A DNA stretch of 64,000 bases from Mycoplasmatota bacterium (GCA_022771205.1 JALFCF010000003.1:133866-197865), one strand, 5' to 3'. Counted from the first letter of the stretch, positions 45,801 through 56,031 are shown. Made by a program: numbers and translations. Notes: generated from the sequence alone by a model not told the origin.

Positions 45801-47063
45801 AAGAAATATAATCCTTATACATATCAAAAGAATTACTTTAAGAAAGAAGACTTAAAACATACAATACTATTTCCGGATATGACACCATTTCATATGCCAC
45901 TATTTGAATCAATTCTATCATCAGAGGGATATAATGTTGTATATTTAAGAGAAACTACTAACAATACTGTTGAAACCGGTTTAAAATATGTAAATAATGA
46001 TGCTTGTTATCCAGCTATTATTGTTATCGGACAGTTAATAGAAGCATTACAATCAGGCAAGTACGATTTAGATAACACTAGTGTAATCATAACCCAAACC
46101 GGCGGAGCTTGTAGAGCAACAAACTATATTGGATTAATTAGAAAAGCTCTAAAAGACGCTGGTTTAGAAAAAGTTTCTATTCTATCTATTAATGTAAGTG
46201 GTCTAGAAAAAGAACAAGCCTTTCATTTTACCCCAACTTTATTAAACAAACTAGTTCAAGGAATTTTATATGGAGATTTACTAATGAAGTTATTATATGC
46301 AACAAGACCATATGAGAAAGAAAAAGGAACTTGTGATACATTAGCTAAAAAATGGGAAAAGATATTTTATCAAGCCGTAAAAAACGGAAAATTAAAAGAA
46401 TTTAAGAAAAATATTAATGATATTATTGATGACTTTAACAAAGTGGAAATAACAAATAAACATCTACCAAAAGTAGGAATTGTAGGAGAAATACTAATCA
46501 AATATCACAGTTTTGGTAACAATGATCTAGTAAAAAAACTAGAAAAAGAGAATGTAGAAGTAGTAGTACCAGAATTAATGGGCTTTATAAAATACTGCGC
46601 CTATAATTCTATTATCAAAGAAAAACTATTAAAGGAAAGTAAAAAACAAGCATTAATAAATAAAGAGGCTTTAAAAGTAATATCATTATATGAAAAGCCA
46701 ATAAATAAAAAACTAAAAACAACTAGATATCGCACTAATACCAACATTTATCAACTAGCTAAAAATGTTAATAATATTTTATCTACCGGAAATCAATCTG
46801 GAGAAGGTTGGTTTTTAACTGCTGAAATGATAGAATTAATAAAAGAAGATGTCACAAATATTGTCTGTGTTCAACCATTTGCATGTCTACCAAATCATGT
46901 TGTTGGGAAGGCAGTTATTAAAAAAATTAGAAAATTATACCCAAATTCTAATATTATTGCTATCGATTACGATCCGGGCGCAAGTAGTACTAATCAATCA
47001 AATAGAATTAAATTAATGCTAACAGTTGCAAAAGAAAACAATAAAAAGCGAACTAAAAAATAG
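42834..47063 (+). CDS. Fused acyl-CoA dehydratase activase / DUF2229 / HGD-D protein (plasmalogen synthase PlsA/PlsR-like)
   Basis: Two ASKHA activase domains (GIDIGSTT..K, GGEDAK, CAGGTG; GIDAGSTT.K, GGQD.K, CSSGCGSF), GIPR.LN.YE, CYPAK, ACYPA, QPFACLPNHV. Confidence 0.8.
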   Translation: MKKYINIGIDIGSTTVKVVAMEKDKILYEEYRRHFSDTKKTVHDLLEEVIEKFNSYNYKITTTGSGALALANYLELPFVQEVIACKNAIKKYADATDVAIELGGEDAKIIYFDQTIEQRMNGSCAGGTGAFLDQMAVLLNTTTEGLNTLAKDGTTIYPIASRCGVFAKTDIQPLLNEGAKKEDVALSIMQAVVNQTISGLACGKPIKGNVIFLGGPLNYLSVLKERFIKTLNLKDNEIVEPKVDSRLFVCIGAILDEEEKKTYTKNELKKLLEKLEDFKENSSSTLEPLFKSEKEYKEFKKRHDKATVKTKDIKTYKGDVFIGIDAGSTTAKLVAIDYEGNLLYQNYKSNKGTPVDTVKDMLLDLYENLGQDVVIRSSGSTGYGEMLIKSAFNLDISEIETIAHYEAANYFLPGVESIIDIGGQDMKYIKIKDNAIDTIMLNEACSSGCGSFIETLAKSLKINISDFVSLAIKSKHPIDLGSRCTVFMNSKIKQTQKEGRPLGDIFAGLSYSVIKNAITKVMKIRDLDTLGNKIVVQGGTFLNDAVLRAFEKVTKKEVIRPNISGLMGAYGVALIALREFNQYDDQDITSQILSKEEINNLKIRITHTRCRRCENHCSLTVSTFNKKSFISGNRCEKGSGNNGSSSLLPNMYQWKYDRLFNYKPTENPTRGTIGIPRVLNMYENYPFWFTFFTSLGFKVIISDNSNRAIYEKGIESMPSESVCYPAKLVHGHIINLIEKGVKTIFYPCIMYENKEFASCDNHYNCPIVQSYSEAIKLNVEELETNHITYINPFLPLEKKKLYKRFLELEEFKTYNFTKKELKEALDKADLEQQKFKNDVRKKGEEFLKYIEEHNEKAIVLAGRPYHLDKEVNHGIDTMINSLGLAILTEDSICHLSDINEKLRVVDQWAYHSRVYHAADVVSKYDNLELVNLNSFGCGLDAIVTDQTEEILKKNGKLYTTIKIDEINNLGAIKIRIRSLIASMNKRANLKKYNPYTYQKNYFKKEDLKHTILFPDMTPFHMPLFESILSSEGYNVVYLRETTNNTVETGLKYVNNDACYPAIIVIGQLIEALQSGKYDLDNTSVIITQTGGACRATNYIGLIRKALKDAGLEKVSILSINVSGLEKEQAFHFTPTLLNKLVQGILYGDLLMKLLYATRPYEKEKGTCDTLAKKWEKIFYQAVKNGKLKEFKKNINDIIDDFNKVEITNKHLPKVGIVGEILIKYHSFGNNDLVKKLEKENVEVVVPELMGFIKYCAYNSIIKEKLLKESKKQALINKEALKVISLYEKPINKKLKTTRYRTNTNIYQLAKNVNNILSTGNQSGEGWFLTAEMIELIKEDVTNIVCVQPFACLPNHVVGKAVIKKIRKLYPNSNIIAIDYDPGASSTNQSNRIKLMLTVAKENNKKRTKK

Positions 47064-47074
47064 GTTCGTTTTTT
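47044..47074 (+). terminator. Rho-independent terminator
   Basis: AAAAGCGAAC...GTTCGTTTTT. Confidence 0.65.
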
Positions 47075-47117
47075 ATTATGATGAAAATATGATAAAATAT
47101 CTCTAGGAAGTGATAAT

Positions 47118-47813
47118 ATGGCTAAAATACTAATCGTAGACGATGAACAAGACATCGCCGAGTTAATAAGTGATGCTTTGATGGATGAAAACTATGAAAC
47201 GGTAGTTAAAAATAATAGTGCAGATGCCATAAAAGAAATAGAAAAAAACCCCGCTTTTGATCTTATCTTATTAGACATTATGATGCCAGGTATGTCTGGC
47301 ACAGAACTTTGTAGTTACATCCGAAAAAAAGTAAACTGTCCCATTATCTTTGTAAGTGCCAAATCATCTACTTTAGATAAATTAGTAGGATTTGAAATAG
47401 GTGCAGATGACTATATTGCAAAACCTTTTGATATTTACGAACTAGTCGCCAGAGTAAAAGCTCATTTAAGACGAGAAAATAGATTAAAAATTATAACTGA
47501 TGAAAACATTATTGAGATAGGAGAAATTAAAGTAATTAAAGAAAGTTATGAAGTTTATAAAAATAACAAACGAATAGATATTTCAACTAGAGAATTCGAA
47601 GTGCTATACTACTTGATGAAAAATTCAGGTATTGTTTTAACCAAAGAACAAATTTTTGAATCAGTGTGGGGCAAAGACTATGGTGAAATATCAACAGTAG
47701 CTGTACATATTAAAAGTATTAGAAACAAATTAGATAAAGAAGAAAAGTATATAAAAACTGTTTGGGGAGTAGGTTACAAATTTATAAAGGAGAGAGAATA
47801 TGATAAAAAATAA
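47118..47813 (+). CDS. OmpR-family response regulator
   Basis: IVDDE, LLDIMMP, GADDY..KPF, TVWGVGY motifs. Confidence 0.92.
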   Translation: MAKILIVDDEQDIAELISDALMDENYETVVKNNSADAIKEIEKNPAFDLILLDIMMPGMSGTELCSYIRKKVNCPIIFVSAKSSTLDKLVGFEIGADDYIAKPFDIYELVARVKAHLRRENRLKIITDENIIEIGEIKVIKESYEVYKNNKRIDISTREFEVLYYLMKNSGIVLTKEQIFESVWGKDYGEISTVAVHIKSIRNKLDKEEKYIKTVWGVGYKFIKEREYDKK

Positions 47814-49077
47814 TATGAAATATACAGCTATTAGAATCATAGCCGTTGTATTTTTAGCAAACGTCATTCTAATCACCCTTTATTGCAATTACTTTTTAAA
47901 CAAAAGTATTTCTTCTGGTATAAATAAAACCAAAAAAGAAGTGAACAACAACTTAATAACTATTACAAAAATATTAAAAGATGAAACAAAATTAAACAAA
48001 GCATCTTTAAAAAATATTAGTAAAAAATATAACGTTGAAATAACTTTAAAAGATAACAATCAAAATATAATTTTTACCAACATCAAAGACCATAATTTTG
48101 ATTATATAACACAAGAAATGTTAACAGTAGGTAATAAAACCTATCTATTAGTAATATCAAAACAGTTAGATATATCAGTTTCCGGTATTATCAAAAAATT
48201 ATTATTAATTGAATTACTAATTATTTTATTAATATCTAGTGTCATCATTTATATTGTCAATAAACGCCTATTACGTCCTATTGTCTATCTTAGATATGAC
48301 ATGTCCACATATAAAAATGGAATTATTCCTAAAAAAAGAAAGAAAAAAGAAGATTTATATGGCATTCATGAACACTTTGTAAATCTAACACATGCTTTAG
48401 AAGAAGAAAAAGAAAAACACAACCGAGTAATTGCATCTATTTCTCACGATATCAAAACTCCATTAACTGCTATCTTAGGATATACCTCAAGAATAGAAAA
48501 TGCCAAACTAACAAATGAAATGAAAGAAAAATATATTGCTAAAATTGGTAGTAAAGCTCTATCAATAAAAGAAATCATGGACGAGTTCGATGATTATCTA
48601 AGCAGTTCACTTACAAGTACACTACATAAAGAACAAATCAGTACAAAAGACTTATTTAAAATGTTAGAAACAGATTATTTAGAAGATTTAGAAGACAGAA
48701 ATATAAAGTTAAGACTACAAAATAATGCTAAAAAAGATAATATTGTACTAGATTTAAATAAAATAAAACGTGTGTTTAGTAATATTATTAGTAACAGCAC
48801 AAGGCATATAAAAGAAGAAAAAGGGCAAATAGTTATTACACTATCAAAAAAAGAAGATTATTATGAATTTACTATTTCTGATAGTGGTGAAGGAGTAAAA
48901 GAAGAAAATCTGCATAAAATTTTTGATCCACTTTATACAACAGACTCTTCTAGGAAAATTTCTGGATTAGGATTATCAATCTGCAAACAAATAATCAAAC
49001 TACATGAAGGAGAGATTTTTGCAAAAAATAACAAAGAAAAAGGGTTAGCAATTACTTTTACTATAAAAAACAATTAA
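47800..49077 (+). CDS. Sensor histidine kinase
   Basis: 2 TM, SHDIKTPL H-box, N/G1/G2 boxes. Confidence 0.92.
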   Translation: MIKNNMKYTAIRIIAVVFLANVILITLYCNYFLNKSISSGINKTKKEVNNNLITITKILKDETKLNKASLKNISKKYNVEITLKDNNQNIIFTNIKDHNFDYITQEMLTVGNKTYLLVISKQLDISVSGIIKKLLLIELLIILLISSVIIYIVNKRLLRPIVYLRYDMSTYKNGIIPKKRKKKEDLYGIHEHFVNLTHALEEEKEKHNRVIASISHDIKTPLTAILGYTSRIENAKLTNEMKEKYIAKIGSKALSIKEIMDEFDDYLSSSLTSTLHKEQISTKDLFKMLETDYLEDLEDRNIKLRLQNNAKKDNIVLDLNKIKRVFSNIISNSTRHIKEEKGQIVITLSKKEDYYEFTISDSGEGVKEENLHKIFDPLYTTDSSRKISGLGLSICKQIIKLHEGEIFAKNNKEKGLAITFTIKNN

Positions 49078-49148
49078 ATTATTATCTTATCTATAAATGC
49101 TAATCATAAAAAAATATGATATGATTAAAATAGAATAGAGGTAGGATT

Positions 49149-50054
49149 ATGAGAAGAAAGAAAAAATTATTATCATCATTTATTATTTTAATGATTGTTG
49201 GAATATTCTATTTATTTCAGAATTATCCAACAAGTGAGATATCAGAAAATATCAATAAGCGAATAAATGAGGTTCCAGTAACAGCTGAAGAAAGATTGGA
49301 AGTAACGTTTATTGATGTAGGACAAGCAGATTCCATTCTTCTAGAAAATGAAGGAAATTATATGCTAGTAGATGCCGGTAATAATGAGGATGGACCTAAG
49401 CTAGTTAACTATTTTAAAAATCAAAATATTCATCAGTTTGATTATGTAATAGGAACACATCCTCATGAAGACCATATAGGAGGTCTTGACAACATTATAG
49501 AAGACTTTGATATTAATACTTTTTATATGCCAGACGTAATTACAACCACTAAAACATTTGAAGATGTATTAGATGCTTTAGGAGAAAAAAATATGACTTT
49601 ATCAATCCCTAAAACAAACGCTACCTTTAAATTAGGAGACGCTACTGTTAAAGTATTATATGTAGGAACTGAAGACGAAAGTGATTTAAATGATACGTCT
49701 ATTGTATTAAAAGTAACATATCAAAATGTAAGCTTCTTATTAACTGGTGATGCATCTACAAAAGTAGAAGAGAAACTAAATCCAGCTGATTTAGAATCAA
49801 CCGTATTAAAAGTAGGACATCATGGTTCATCTACTGCCACGAACGAAAAGTTTTTAAACACAGTAAATCCTAAATACGCAATAATTTCAGTAGGAGAAAA
49901 CAATCAGTATGAACATCCTCATACAACTGTTTTAAACACACTAGCTGCTCATAACATAACAACATATAGAACAGATCAAGATGGAACAATAAAAGTAATT
50001 ACTGATGGAACAAACATAGAAATCAACACTTCAAAAACAGATACAAATGGATAG
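49149..50054 (+). CDS. ComEC/Rec2-like metallo-beta-lactamase fold protein
   Basis: DVGQAD, THPHEDHIGG, TGD, KVGHHGS, YEHPH motifs. Confidence 0.88.
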   Translation: MRRKKKLLSSFIILMIVGIFYLFQNYPTSEISENINKRINEVPVTAEERLEVTFIDVGQADSILLENEGNYMLVDAGNNEDGPKLVNYFKNQNIHQFDYVIGTHPHEDHIGGLDNIIEDFDINTFYMPDVITTTKTFEDVLDALGEKNMTLSIPKTNATFKLGDATVKVLYVGTEDESDLNDTSIVLKVTYQNVSFLLTGDASTKVEEKLNPADLESTVLKVGHHGSSTATNEKFLNTVNPKYAIISVGENNQYEHPHTTVLNTLAAHNITTYRTDQDGTIKVITDGTNIEINTSKTDTNG

Positions 50055-50062
50055 GTGATAAA

Positions 50063-50281
50063 ATGTATGCAATCGATAGAATAGAAAATGATATTGTAAT
50101 AGCCGAAAATTTAAAAACAAAAGAAAAAATCGAACTTAAAGTAAATGAATTTTCCTTTACCCCAAAAGAAGGAACAATCTTTTCTATAGAAAACAATAGT
50201 ATTATAAAGCAAGAAAAAACCGAACAAGACAGAAGAGAGCTATTGCGTCAAAAAATGGAGAGGTTAAAAAAACATGAGTAG
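50063..50281 (+). CDS. DUF3006-like protein
   Basis: IDRIE...V..E...EG pattern; typical neighbour of ComEC-like MBL genes. Confidence 0.7.
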   Translation: MYAIDRIENDIVIAENLKTKEKIELKVNEFSFTPKEGTIFSIENNSIIKQEKTEQDRRELLRQKMERLKKHE

Positions 50282-50858
50282 AAATAAATATATTCTTCCA
50301 TTTCATGGAAAATGGTATGTAGAATATGGTGGAACAAAAAAAGAAAATTCTCATTCCTGGAATATTATTGGTCAACGTTATGCTTATGATTTTGAAATAA
50401 GAAAAAATGATTTACCATTTCATGATGATCCAACTAAAAATGAAAACTATTATTCATATTTAGAAAATGTTTATGCCCCAGCAGATGGCTGGGTTATAGA
50501 AATAATCAATGACTACAACAATACACACATTACTAAAGATAGAAAAATTATCAACGACTGCAATAATCCAAGAGGTAACCACATTATTATAAAACATAAA
50601 TATGGAGAGTATTCTACTATTTGTCACTTTGAAAAAGATACATTCACGGTTCGAATAGGTGACCTAATAAAAGAAGGACAAATAATAGGAAAAGTAGGTA
50701 ATAGCGGAAATACACAAGGACCACATATTCATTTTCAAGTACAAAAAGGGATAGATCCGGATAATTCAAAAGGAATTCCTATTACTTTTAAACATGCCTA
50801 CTATAATAACAAAAAAATAAAAAAAATAGAAAAGGGTATAGAAGTAGAAAGCAGGTAA
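50274..50858 (+). CDS. M23 family peptidase
   Basis: H...AYD, GNHIIIKH, VGNSGN..GPHIHF motifs. Confidence 0.85.
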   Translation: MSRNKYILPFHGKWYVEYGGTKKENSHSWNIIGQRYAYDFEIRKNDLPFHDDPTKNENYYSYLENVYAPADGWVIEIINDYNNTHITKDRKIINDCNNPRGNHIIIKHKYGEYSTICHFEKDTFTVRIGDLIKEGQIIGKVGNSGNTQGPHIHFQVQKGIDPDNSKGIPITFKHAYYNNKKIKKIEKGIEVESR

Positions 50859-50860
50859 CT

Positions 50861-51427
50861 ATGAAAAAAATAGATGCAATAAAAGATATTACTCTAGAAA
50901 ATAAAGAAATAAATATGTCATTTGAAGAATTAGAAATTAAAAATGCTACTTTAGAAAAAATTGATTGGAAAGATTCAAAATTTAATTATTTAGAAATCAC
51001 TAACAGTAAAATTAAAACATCAACATTTTCAAATATCAATTTAAGTAATCAAACTCTATATAAAGTAACTTTTATTGATTGTAATTTTGTTGGAACAAAT
51101 TTCTCCAATGCCTTTTTAAAAGAAGTAGAATTTATTAATTGTAACTTAGGATATTCAACATTTGCGTTAGCTGAATTAGAAAAAGTAACTTTTAGCGATT
51201 GTAATTTAAAAGAAGCATCACTATATAAAATGAAGCAAAAAAAACTACAGCTGATAAACTGTAACTTAGATTCAGTAGATGTTTTCGAAACAAATCTACA
51301 AAATATAGATTTAACTACATGCAATATCAATCATATAAAAATAGATATTCCAAGTATGAAAGGATTAATCGTTAACGAAGAGCAAGCTTTGGCTTTATCA
51401 AAATTTTTACAGATTACAATTCACTAA
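50861..51427 (+). CDS. Pentapeptide-repeat protein
   Basis: Repeated F.DCNF.GTNFSNA.L..V.F.NCNL. Confidence 0.85.
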   Translation: MKKIDAIKDITLENKEINMSFEELEIKNATLEKIDWKDSKFNYLEITNSKIKTSTFSNINLSNQTLYKVTFIDCNFVGTNFSNAFLKEVEFINCNLGYSTFALAELEKVTFSDCNLKEASLYKMKQKKLQLINCNLDSVDVFETNLQNIDLTTCNINHIKIDIPSMKGLIVNEEQALALSKFLQITIH

Positions 51428-51474
51428 TTGATAATATTAAAAAAATATGGTAATCTATAATAAGGAGAATAGAA

Positions 51475-51828
51475 ATGATAGGGACAAATAATAATGTATT
51501 TATAAATTTATTTTTATATTTAATCTTACCAATGACTATATTAGCCATTATTATATTACTAATTATTATTAAAAAAAGTCAAAAAAGTATCATATATAAA
51601 AATATTATATTTTTAAAAACACTAAGTATTATTTTTTCTATTTATTCTATTTATACGTTCATCTGGTCTATATCAGAATTAATTCCATTAAGACAGTACA
51701 ATATATTACAAGAAAGTAAACTTCCCATTTTCTTATGGATAATTCTTCCAATAATTCCAGGAATATCAACATATATTTTTTGGAACAAATATAAAGCAAT
51801 AAAAGAAAAAGGTGATATAAATGAATAA
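51475..51828 (+). CDS. Hypothetical membrane protein
   Basis: Three hydrophobic segments; AAGGAG RBS. Confidence 0.65.
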   Translation: MIGTNNNVFINLFLYLILPMTILAIIILLIIIKKSQKSIIYKNIIFLKTLSIIFSIYSIYTFIWSISELIPLRQYNILQESKLPIFLWIILPIIPGISTYIFWNKYKAIKEKGDINE

Positions 51829-52324
51829 ACAATTTCATCCCATTAGGGCATTTATTATTATTTTTGTTTTATCCTTATTAATCATATTACCACCACTATT
51901 TCGATTGTTTTTTCCTAAAATAGATGAAACAAAAATTAAAAATAATGACAAAATTACATTATTAACATGTACTAGAAATTATGCAGAAGAACAGATTACA
52001 GAAACTGTAGAAGTTAGATACATAAATTCTAAAGTAAATCAAACTAAAATTACATACAGTACAATGGCAATAGCTGAATATTCCATGATTAACGGTGTGG
52101 AAAGTGATATACTACCTTCCATAGAACTTTCCTATTTTCAAAGTCTATCAGGCGTTGCGATAGAGCAAAAAGATAGCAAAACCATCGTTACTATAAATCA
52201 AGATACAATTGATAGAAATCCATCTAATCAAGATTTAAAAGAAAATTACTTTAATGATAAATTACTTAATCAAAAAATATATTTTACAAATCGTTATTTT
52301 CAATGTGATGATACTACAGTTTAA
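51821..52324 (+). CDS. Hypothetical membrane-anchored protein
   Basis: N-terminal TM; LTC...C pattern like 20923. Confidence 0.65.
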   Translation: MNKQFHPIRAFIIIFVLSLLIILPPLFRLFFPKIDETKIKNNDKITLLTCTRNYAEEQITETVEVRYINSKVNQTKITYSTMAIAEYSMINGVESDILPSIELSYFQSLSGVAIEQKDSKTIVTINQDTIDRNPSNQDLKENYFNDKLLNQKIYFTNRYFQCDDTTV

Positions 52325-52721
52325 TTTTCTTTAATTCTTTTAAAACATCATCCTGTACATGATAAACTTTAATATGTTTTAGCTCAAAGTCATTCATAAT
52401 ATGATTACTTTTTGTACAATCTGTAACTAGAAACTTTACTTTTGATAGATAAAGTTTCTTTTTTGTTTTTAAATTTATTTTTTCCAAAGCTTTCGAAACA
52501 TCTTTTCCTGCACCTTGATAATATTCATACTGATATGTAATACCAGTCTCTCCTTTAGTAGGTATAATTTCTTTAAGATACAAATTAGTCTCTTTGCCAC
52601 AAGAAACACCCACACCACGAATAATAGCCAAATCATTCAATTCTACATAAGTAGGATTTCCAAAAATAATTACAGGCAACAGCAACACAAAAATAACAAC
52701 TAAAGTTTTAACAATTTTCAT
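52314..52721 (-). CDS. Short Ger(x)C-like protein (N-terminal domain only)
   Basis: YVELNDLAIIRGVG ... G.G..VS.AL.......K.LYLS motif of the GerAC N-terminus. Confidence 0.7.
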   Translation of the reverse strand: MKIVKTLVVIFVLLLPVIIFGNPTYVELNDLAIIRGVGVSCGKETNLYLKEIIPTKGETGITYQYEYYQGAGKDVSKALEKINLKTKKKLYLSKVKFLVTDCTKSNHIMNDFELKHIKVYHVQDDVLKELKKIKL

Positions 52722-54115
52722 AGATTTCTCCCTCTAATTATATTATCTGTTATATAAGAATTTCGATATTTAGTTTTTTGTTCTTTTCTTAAAATTGAAT
52801 CCTTCCACTCATACTTATCAAAAGGAATAAGAGGAGATAAATAAGAAAAACTAAAACTTTTCATAGACAATAATTTATAAAATAAAAAAATAGTTCCTAT
52901 AAATACTCCATAAATACCAAAGAAAGCTGCTAAAAGTAAAATACTAATCTTATAAAAACGAATAGCATTAACTAATTCATTTGATGGAAAGATCAAAGCA
53001 GCAATAGAAGATATAGCTATAATAATAATCATAATAGGTGATACAATACCAGCACTAACAGCCGCATCTCCTAAAATAAGTCCTCCTAATATAGAAACAG
53101 CGCTTCCAGTTGTCGCAGACATACGAATATCAGATTCTTTTAATATTTCAAAAGCAATAATCATAAATAAAGCTTCGATATAAGCAGCAAACGGAACAAA
53201 TGTTCTTCCTGCCTTCAAAATCAACAATAGGCGATAAGGAACTAAATCATAATTTCTAGTAGTAACAGCTATATAAATAGCCGGTAAAAATATCGCAATA
53301 AAAAAAGCAATCACTCTAATAATACGAATAAAAGTAGTATTACTATTTTTTTGATAATAATCATCCACTGTATGAAAATAATCCAAAAAGAAGCTAGGTA
53401 ATATTAAAGCATAAGGACTTAAATCAGTAAGAATAACAATTTTACCTTCCAATAACGCCATCGCCGCTCTATCAGGCCTTTCACTCATCATCACTGTTGG
53501 AAATAAAGTATGATCTCCTTCTAAGTAAGATTTTAAATAACTAGAATCAATAATCCCATCAATAGATATCTTTTTTAACTGTTCATAAACTCTTATAACT
53601 AAATCATCTTTAACAATTCCTTTTACTGATAAGATAGCAACTTTAGTCTTTGTATAACGGCCAATTTCTAAATCTAACGATTCTAAATCAGTAGTTTTAA
53701 TTCTTCTACGAATCAGTCCTAAATTAGTATTAAACATTTCTGTAAAACTATCTTTAGGACCAGTAATAGATAATTCACTCTGAACAGTCGTAACACCACG
53801 ATCAAGTCTTTCTCTCACTTCAATAGCATATAATCGATTGGTAATTAAAACAGCGAATCCTTGATTTACGAAACTAAAAATATCTTCCTCTGGAATAGGT
53901 ATAACATTAGCATCAGGTAGAAAGCTCTCAACCTGTTTTAATTCTTTTTTCGATAAATGAATTAAATCATCCAAAACAAAATCGTTAATCATTGTCGTAC
54001 TACACAAAACTTCATTAAAAACTAAATATACTTTTTTCTTATCAACAATTAGTTCTTTTATTTTATAATCTTTAGAAACAGAGATAGCTTTCCTAATTCT
54101 TTGAACTAAAAACAT
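52718..54115 (-). CDS. Spore germination protein, GerA family
   Basis: GPKDSFTE...N..LIRRRI, ERPDR...L.EG, FE.L.E...RM, GGLILGDAAV.AG motifs. Confidence 0.9.
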   Translation of the reverse strand: MFLVQRIRKAISVSKDYKIKELIVDKKKVYLVFNEVLCSTTMINDFVLDDLIHLSKKELKQVESFLPDANVIPIPEEDIFSFVNQGFAVLITNRLYAIEVRERLDRGVTTVQSELSITGPKDSFTEMFNTNLGLIRRRIKTTDLESLDLEIGRYTKTKVAILSVKGIVKDDLVIRVYEQLKKISIDGIIDSSYLKSYLEGDHTLFPTVMMSERPDRAAMALLEGKIVILTDLSPYALILPSFFLDYFHTVDDYYQKNSNTTFIRIIRVIAFFIAIFLPAIYIAVTTRNYDLVPYRLLLILKAGRTFVPFAAYIEALFMIIAFEILKESDIRMSATTGSAVSILGGLILGDAAVSAGIVSPIMIIIIAISSIAALIFPSNELVNAIRFYKISILLLAAFFGIYGVFIGTIFLFYKLLSMKSFSFSYLSPLIPFDKYEWKDSILRKEQKTKYRNSYITDNIIRGRNL

Positions 54116-54166
54116 AATATCACCACTATTAGTATGAGTTTAAAAATGTGATATAATGTATAAGAG

Positions 54167-55294
54167 GTGATACTTTTGCAAGTAAAATTTGAAAAATTAG
54201 ATCATTATGGCCGAGGAATAACTAAAATAAATGATAAAATCTGTTTTGTAGAAAATGCATTACCAAAAGAAACAGTCGAAATTGAAGTAATAAAAGAGAC
54301 AAAAAAATACTTTTTAGCAACAGCAAAAAAAATTATAAAAGAAAGTGAAAATAGAACAAAACCTATTTGTCCATATTATGATAAATGTGGAGGATGTAAT
54401 CTTGATCACATGTCATTTAAAAAGGAAAATGAGTATAAAGAGATAAAAGTAAAAGAAATATTAGAAAAATTTGCACAAATACCAAATAATAAAATAAAAA
54501 CCATAGTTTATGATAAACCATATCACTATCGTAATAAAATAACCCTTCATCACGAAGACGAAAAAATCGGCTTATATCAGAAAAAAACACACGAAATAAT
54601 ACCAATAAAATCATGCTATTTAGTAAATGATGATTTAAACAATGAAATAAAAAATGTTAGACAAACTAATGATGATGAAATTATTTTAAGAATAGGAAAT
54701 AAAACAAGGGAAATATTGAATTCTACCAACAATAAAAATAAAATCATATCTTACATCGGAAACAAAAAGTATCAAATTTCAAAAAAGTCATTTTTCCAAG
54801 TAAATAGTACAATTACTGAAAAGCTTTATAACGAAATCAAAGAAATCATAAATCATTCTAACTCAGAAAATGTTTTAGATCTATATTGTGGAACAGGAAC
54901 TATAGGAATATATATTAGTGATATAGTAAATAAAGTACTAGGAATAGAATCATGTAAAGAAGCAGTAGAAGATGCAAATTACAACAAAAAATTAAATAAC
55001 GCTGCAAAGTGTACCTATAAATTAGGAAAAGTAGAAAATTTAACAAAAGAAATAACAAAAGAATATGACACAGCAATTATCGACCCGCCAAGAAGTGGCC
55101 TAGATAAAAAAGTAATAGAAAAGCTATTAGAAATAAAGCCTAAAACTTTAATATATGTATCTTGTGATCCAGTAACTTTGGCTAGAGATCTAAATTTATT
55201 AAAAGAAAAATACAACATAGAATACATTCAACCTTATAATATGTTTCCAAGGACATATCACGTTGAATGTGTATGTGTTCTAAAACTTAGATAA
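54167..55294 (+). CDS. rlmD: 23S rRNA (uracil-C5)-methyltransferase
   Basis: TRAM domain, CPYYDKCGGC, SFFQVN, DLYCG.G, DPPRSG, YVSCDP, MFPRT.HVEC. Confidence 0.92.
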   Translation: MILLQVKFEKLDHYGRGITKINDKICFVENALPKETVEIEVIKETKKYFLATAKKIIKESENRTKPICPYYDKCGGCNLDHMSFKKENEYKEIKVKEILEKFAQIPNNKIKTIVYDKPYHYRNKITLHHEDEKIGLYQKKTHEIIPIKSCYLVNDDLNNEIKNVRQTNDDEIILRIGNKTREILNSTNNKNKIISYIGNKKYQISKKSFFQVNSTITEKLYNEIKEIINHSNSENVLDLYCGTGTIGIYISDIVNKVLGIESCKEAVEDANYNKKLNNAAKCTYKLGKVENLTKEITKEYDTAIIDPPRSGLDKKVIEKLLEIKPKTLIYVSCDPVTLARDLNLLKEKYNIEYIQPYNMFPRTYHVECVCVLKLR

Positions 55295-55482
55295 GCGTTA
55301 ATATATAAGAATAAATAAACTGTTCAGTAAGTTTCTAAAAATAGTATATAAATAGTAAATATGTATATTAATAGATAAAAAACTATGCTAATGTTGTCCG
55401 AGGAGAATATGTTTCCCCATACCATATTAGGTGGTATGGTTTGTATAATTGAAATGATATTTAAAAGAAATGAGGAGTAAAA

Positions 55483-55815
55483 ATGGAAAAAATATATAAT
55501 AAATTAGTAAGAGATAATATTCCAAGTATTATTCAAGAAGATAATGAGATACCAATTACTAGAATTTTATCTGATGCTGAATATAGACAAGAATTATATA
55601 AAAAATTATTAGAGGAATGTAATGAACTTATAACTGCTAAAACAAGTAATAACATCATAGAGGAGGCTTCTGATGTTTTTGAAGTATTAAAAGCTATTTC
55701 AGAGTTAGAGGGTAAAAATATAGATGCTGTTATAGAAGCTTCAAAACAAAAAAGGTTAAAAAGAGGCGGATTTATCAAAAAGATATTTTTAGAAAAAACA
55801 ATTAGTAAAGAGTAA
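55483..55815 (+). CDS. MazG-like / PRA-PH-type nucleoside triphosphate pyrophosphohydrolase
   Basis: YNKLVRD.IP, KL.EE..E, EE..D..EV, KRGGF motifs. Confidence 0.85.
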   Translation: MEKIYNKLVRDNIPSIIQEDNEIPITRILSDAEYRQELYKKLLEECNELITAKTSNNIIEEASDVFEVLKAISELEGKNIDAVIEASKQKRLKRGGFIKKIFLEKTISKE

Positions 55816-56031
55816 GTTTTAATAATTTAAGTAAAATTTATATTGTAAATAAATTAAAAATAGAAAGTATAAGTAATTATTATAGATAATTAAATTTATA
55901 ATAATATAAAAGATGTATACATAATAGTTATATATTTATTATGTATTAGTCAATTATGTTTAAATGTGTAAAAACAATTATTTTAAGTTGACGGATATGA
56001 CATATTAAAAAATAAAGAAGGAGGTATCTGA

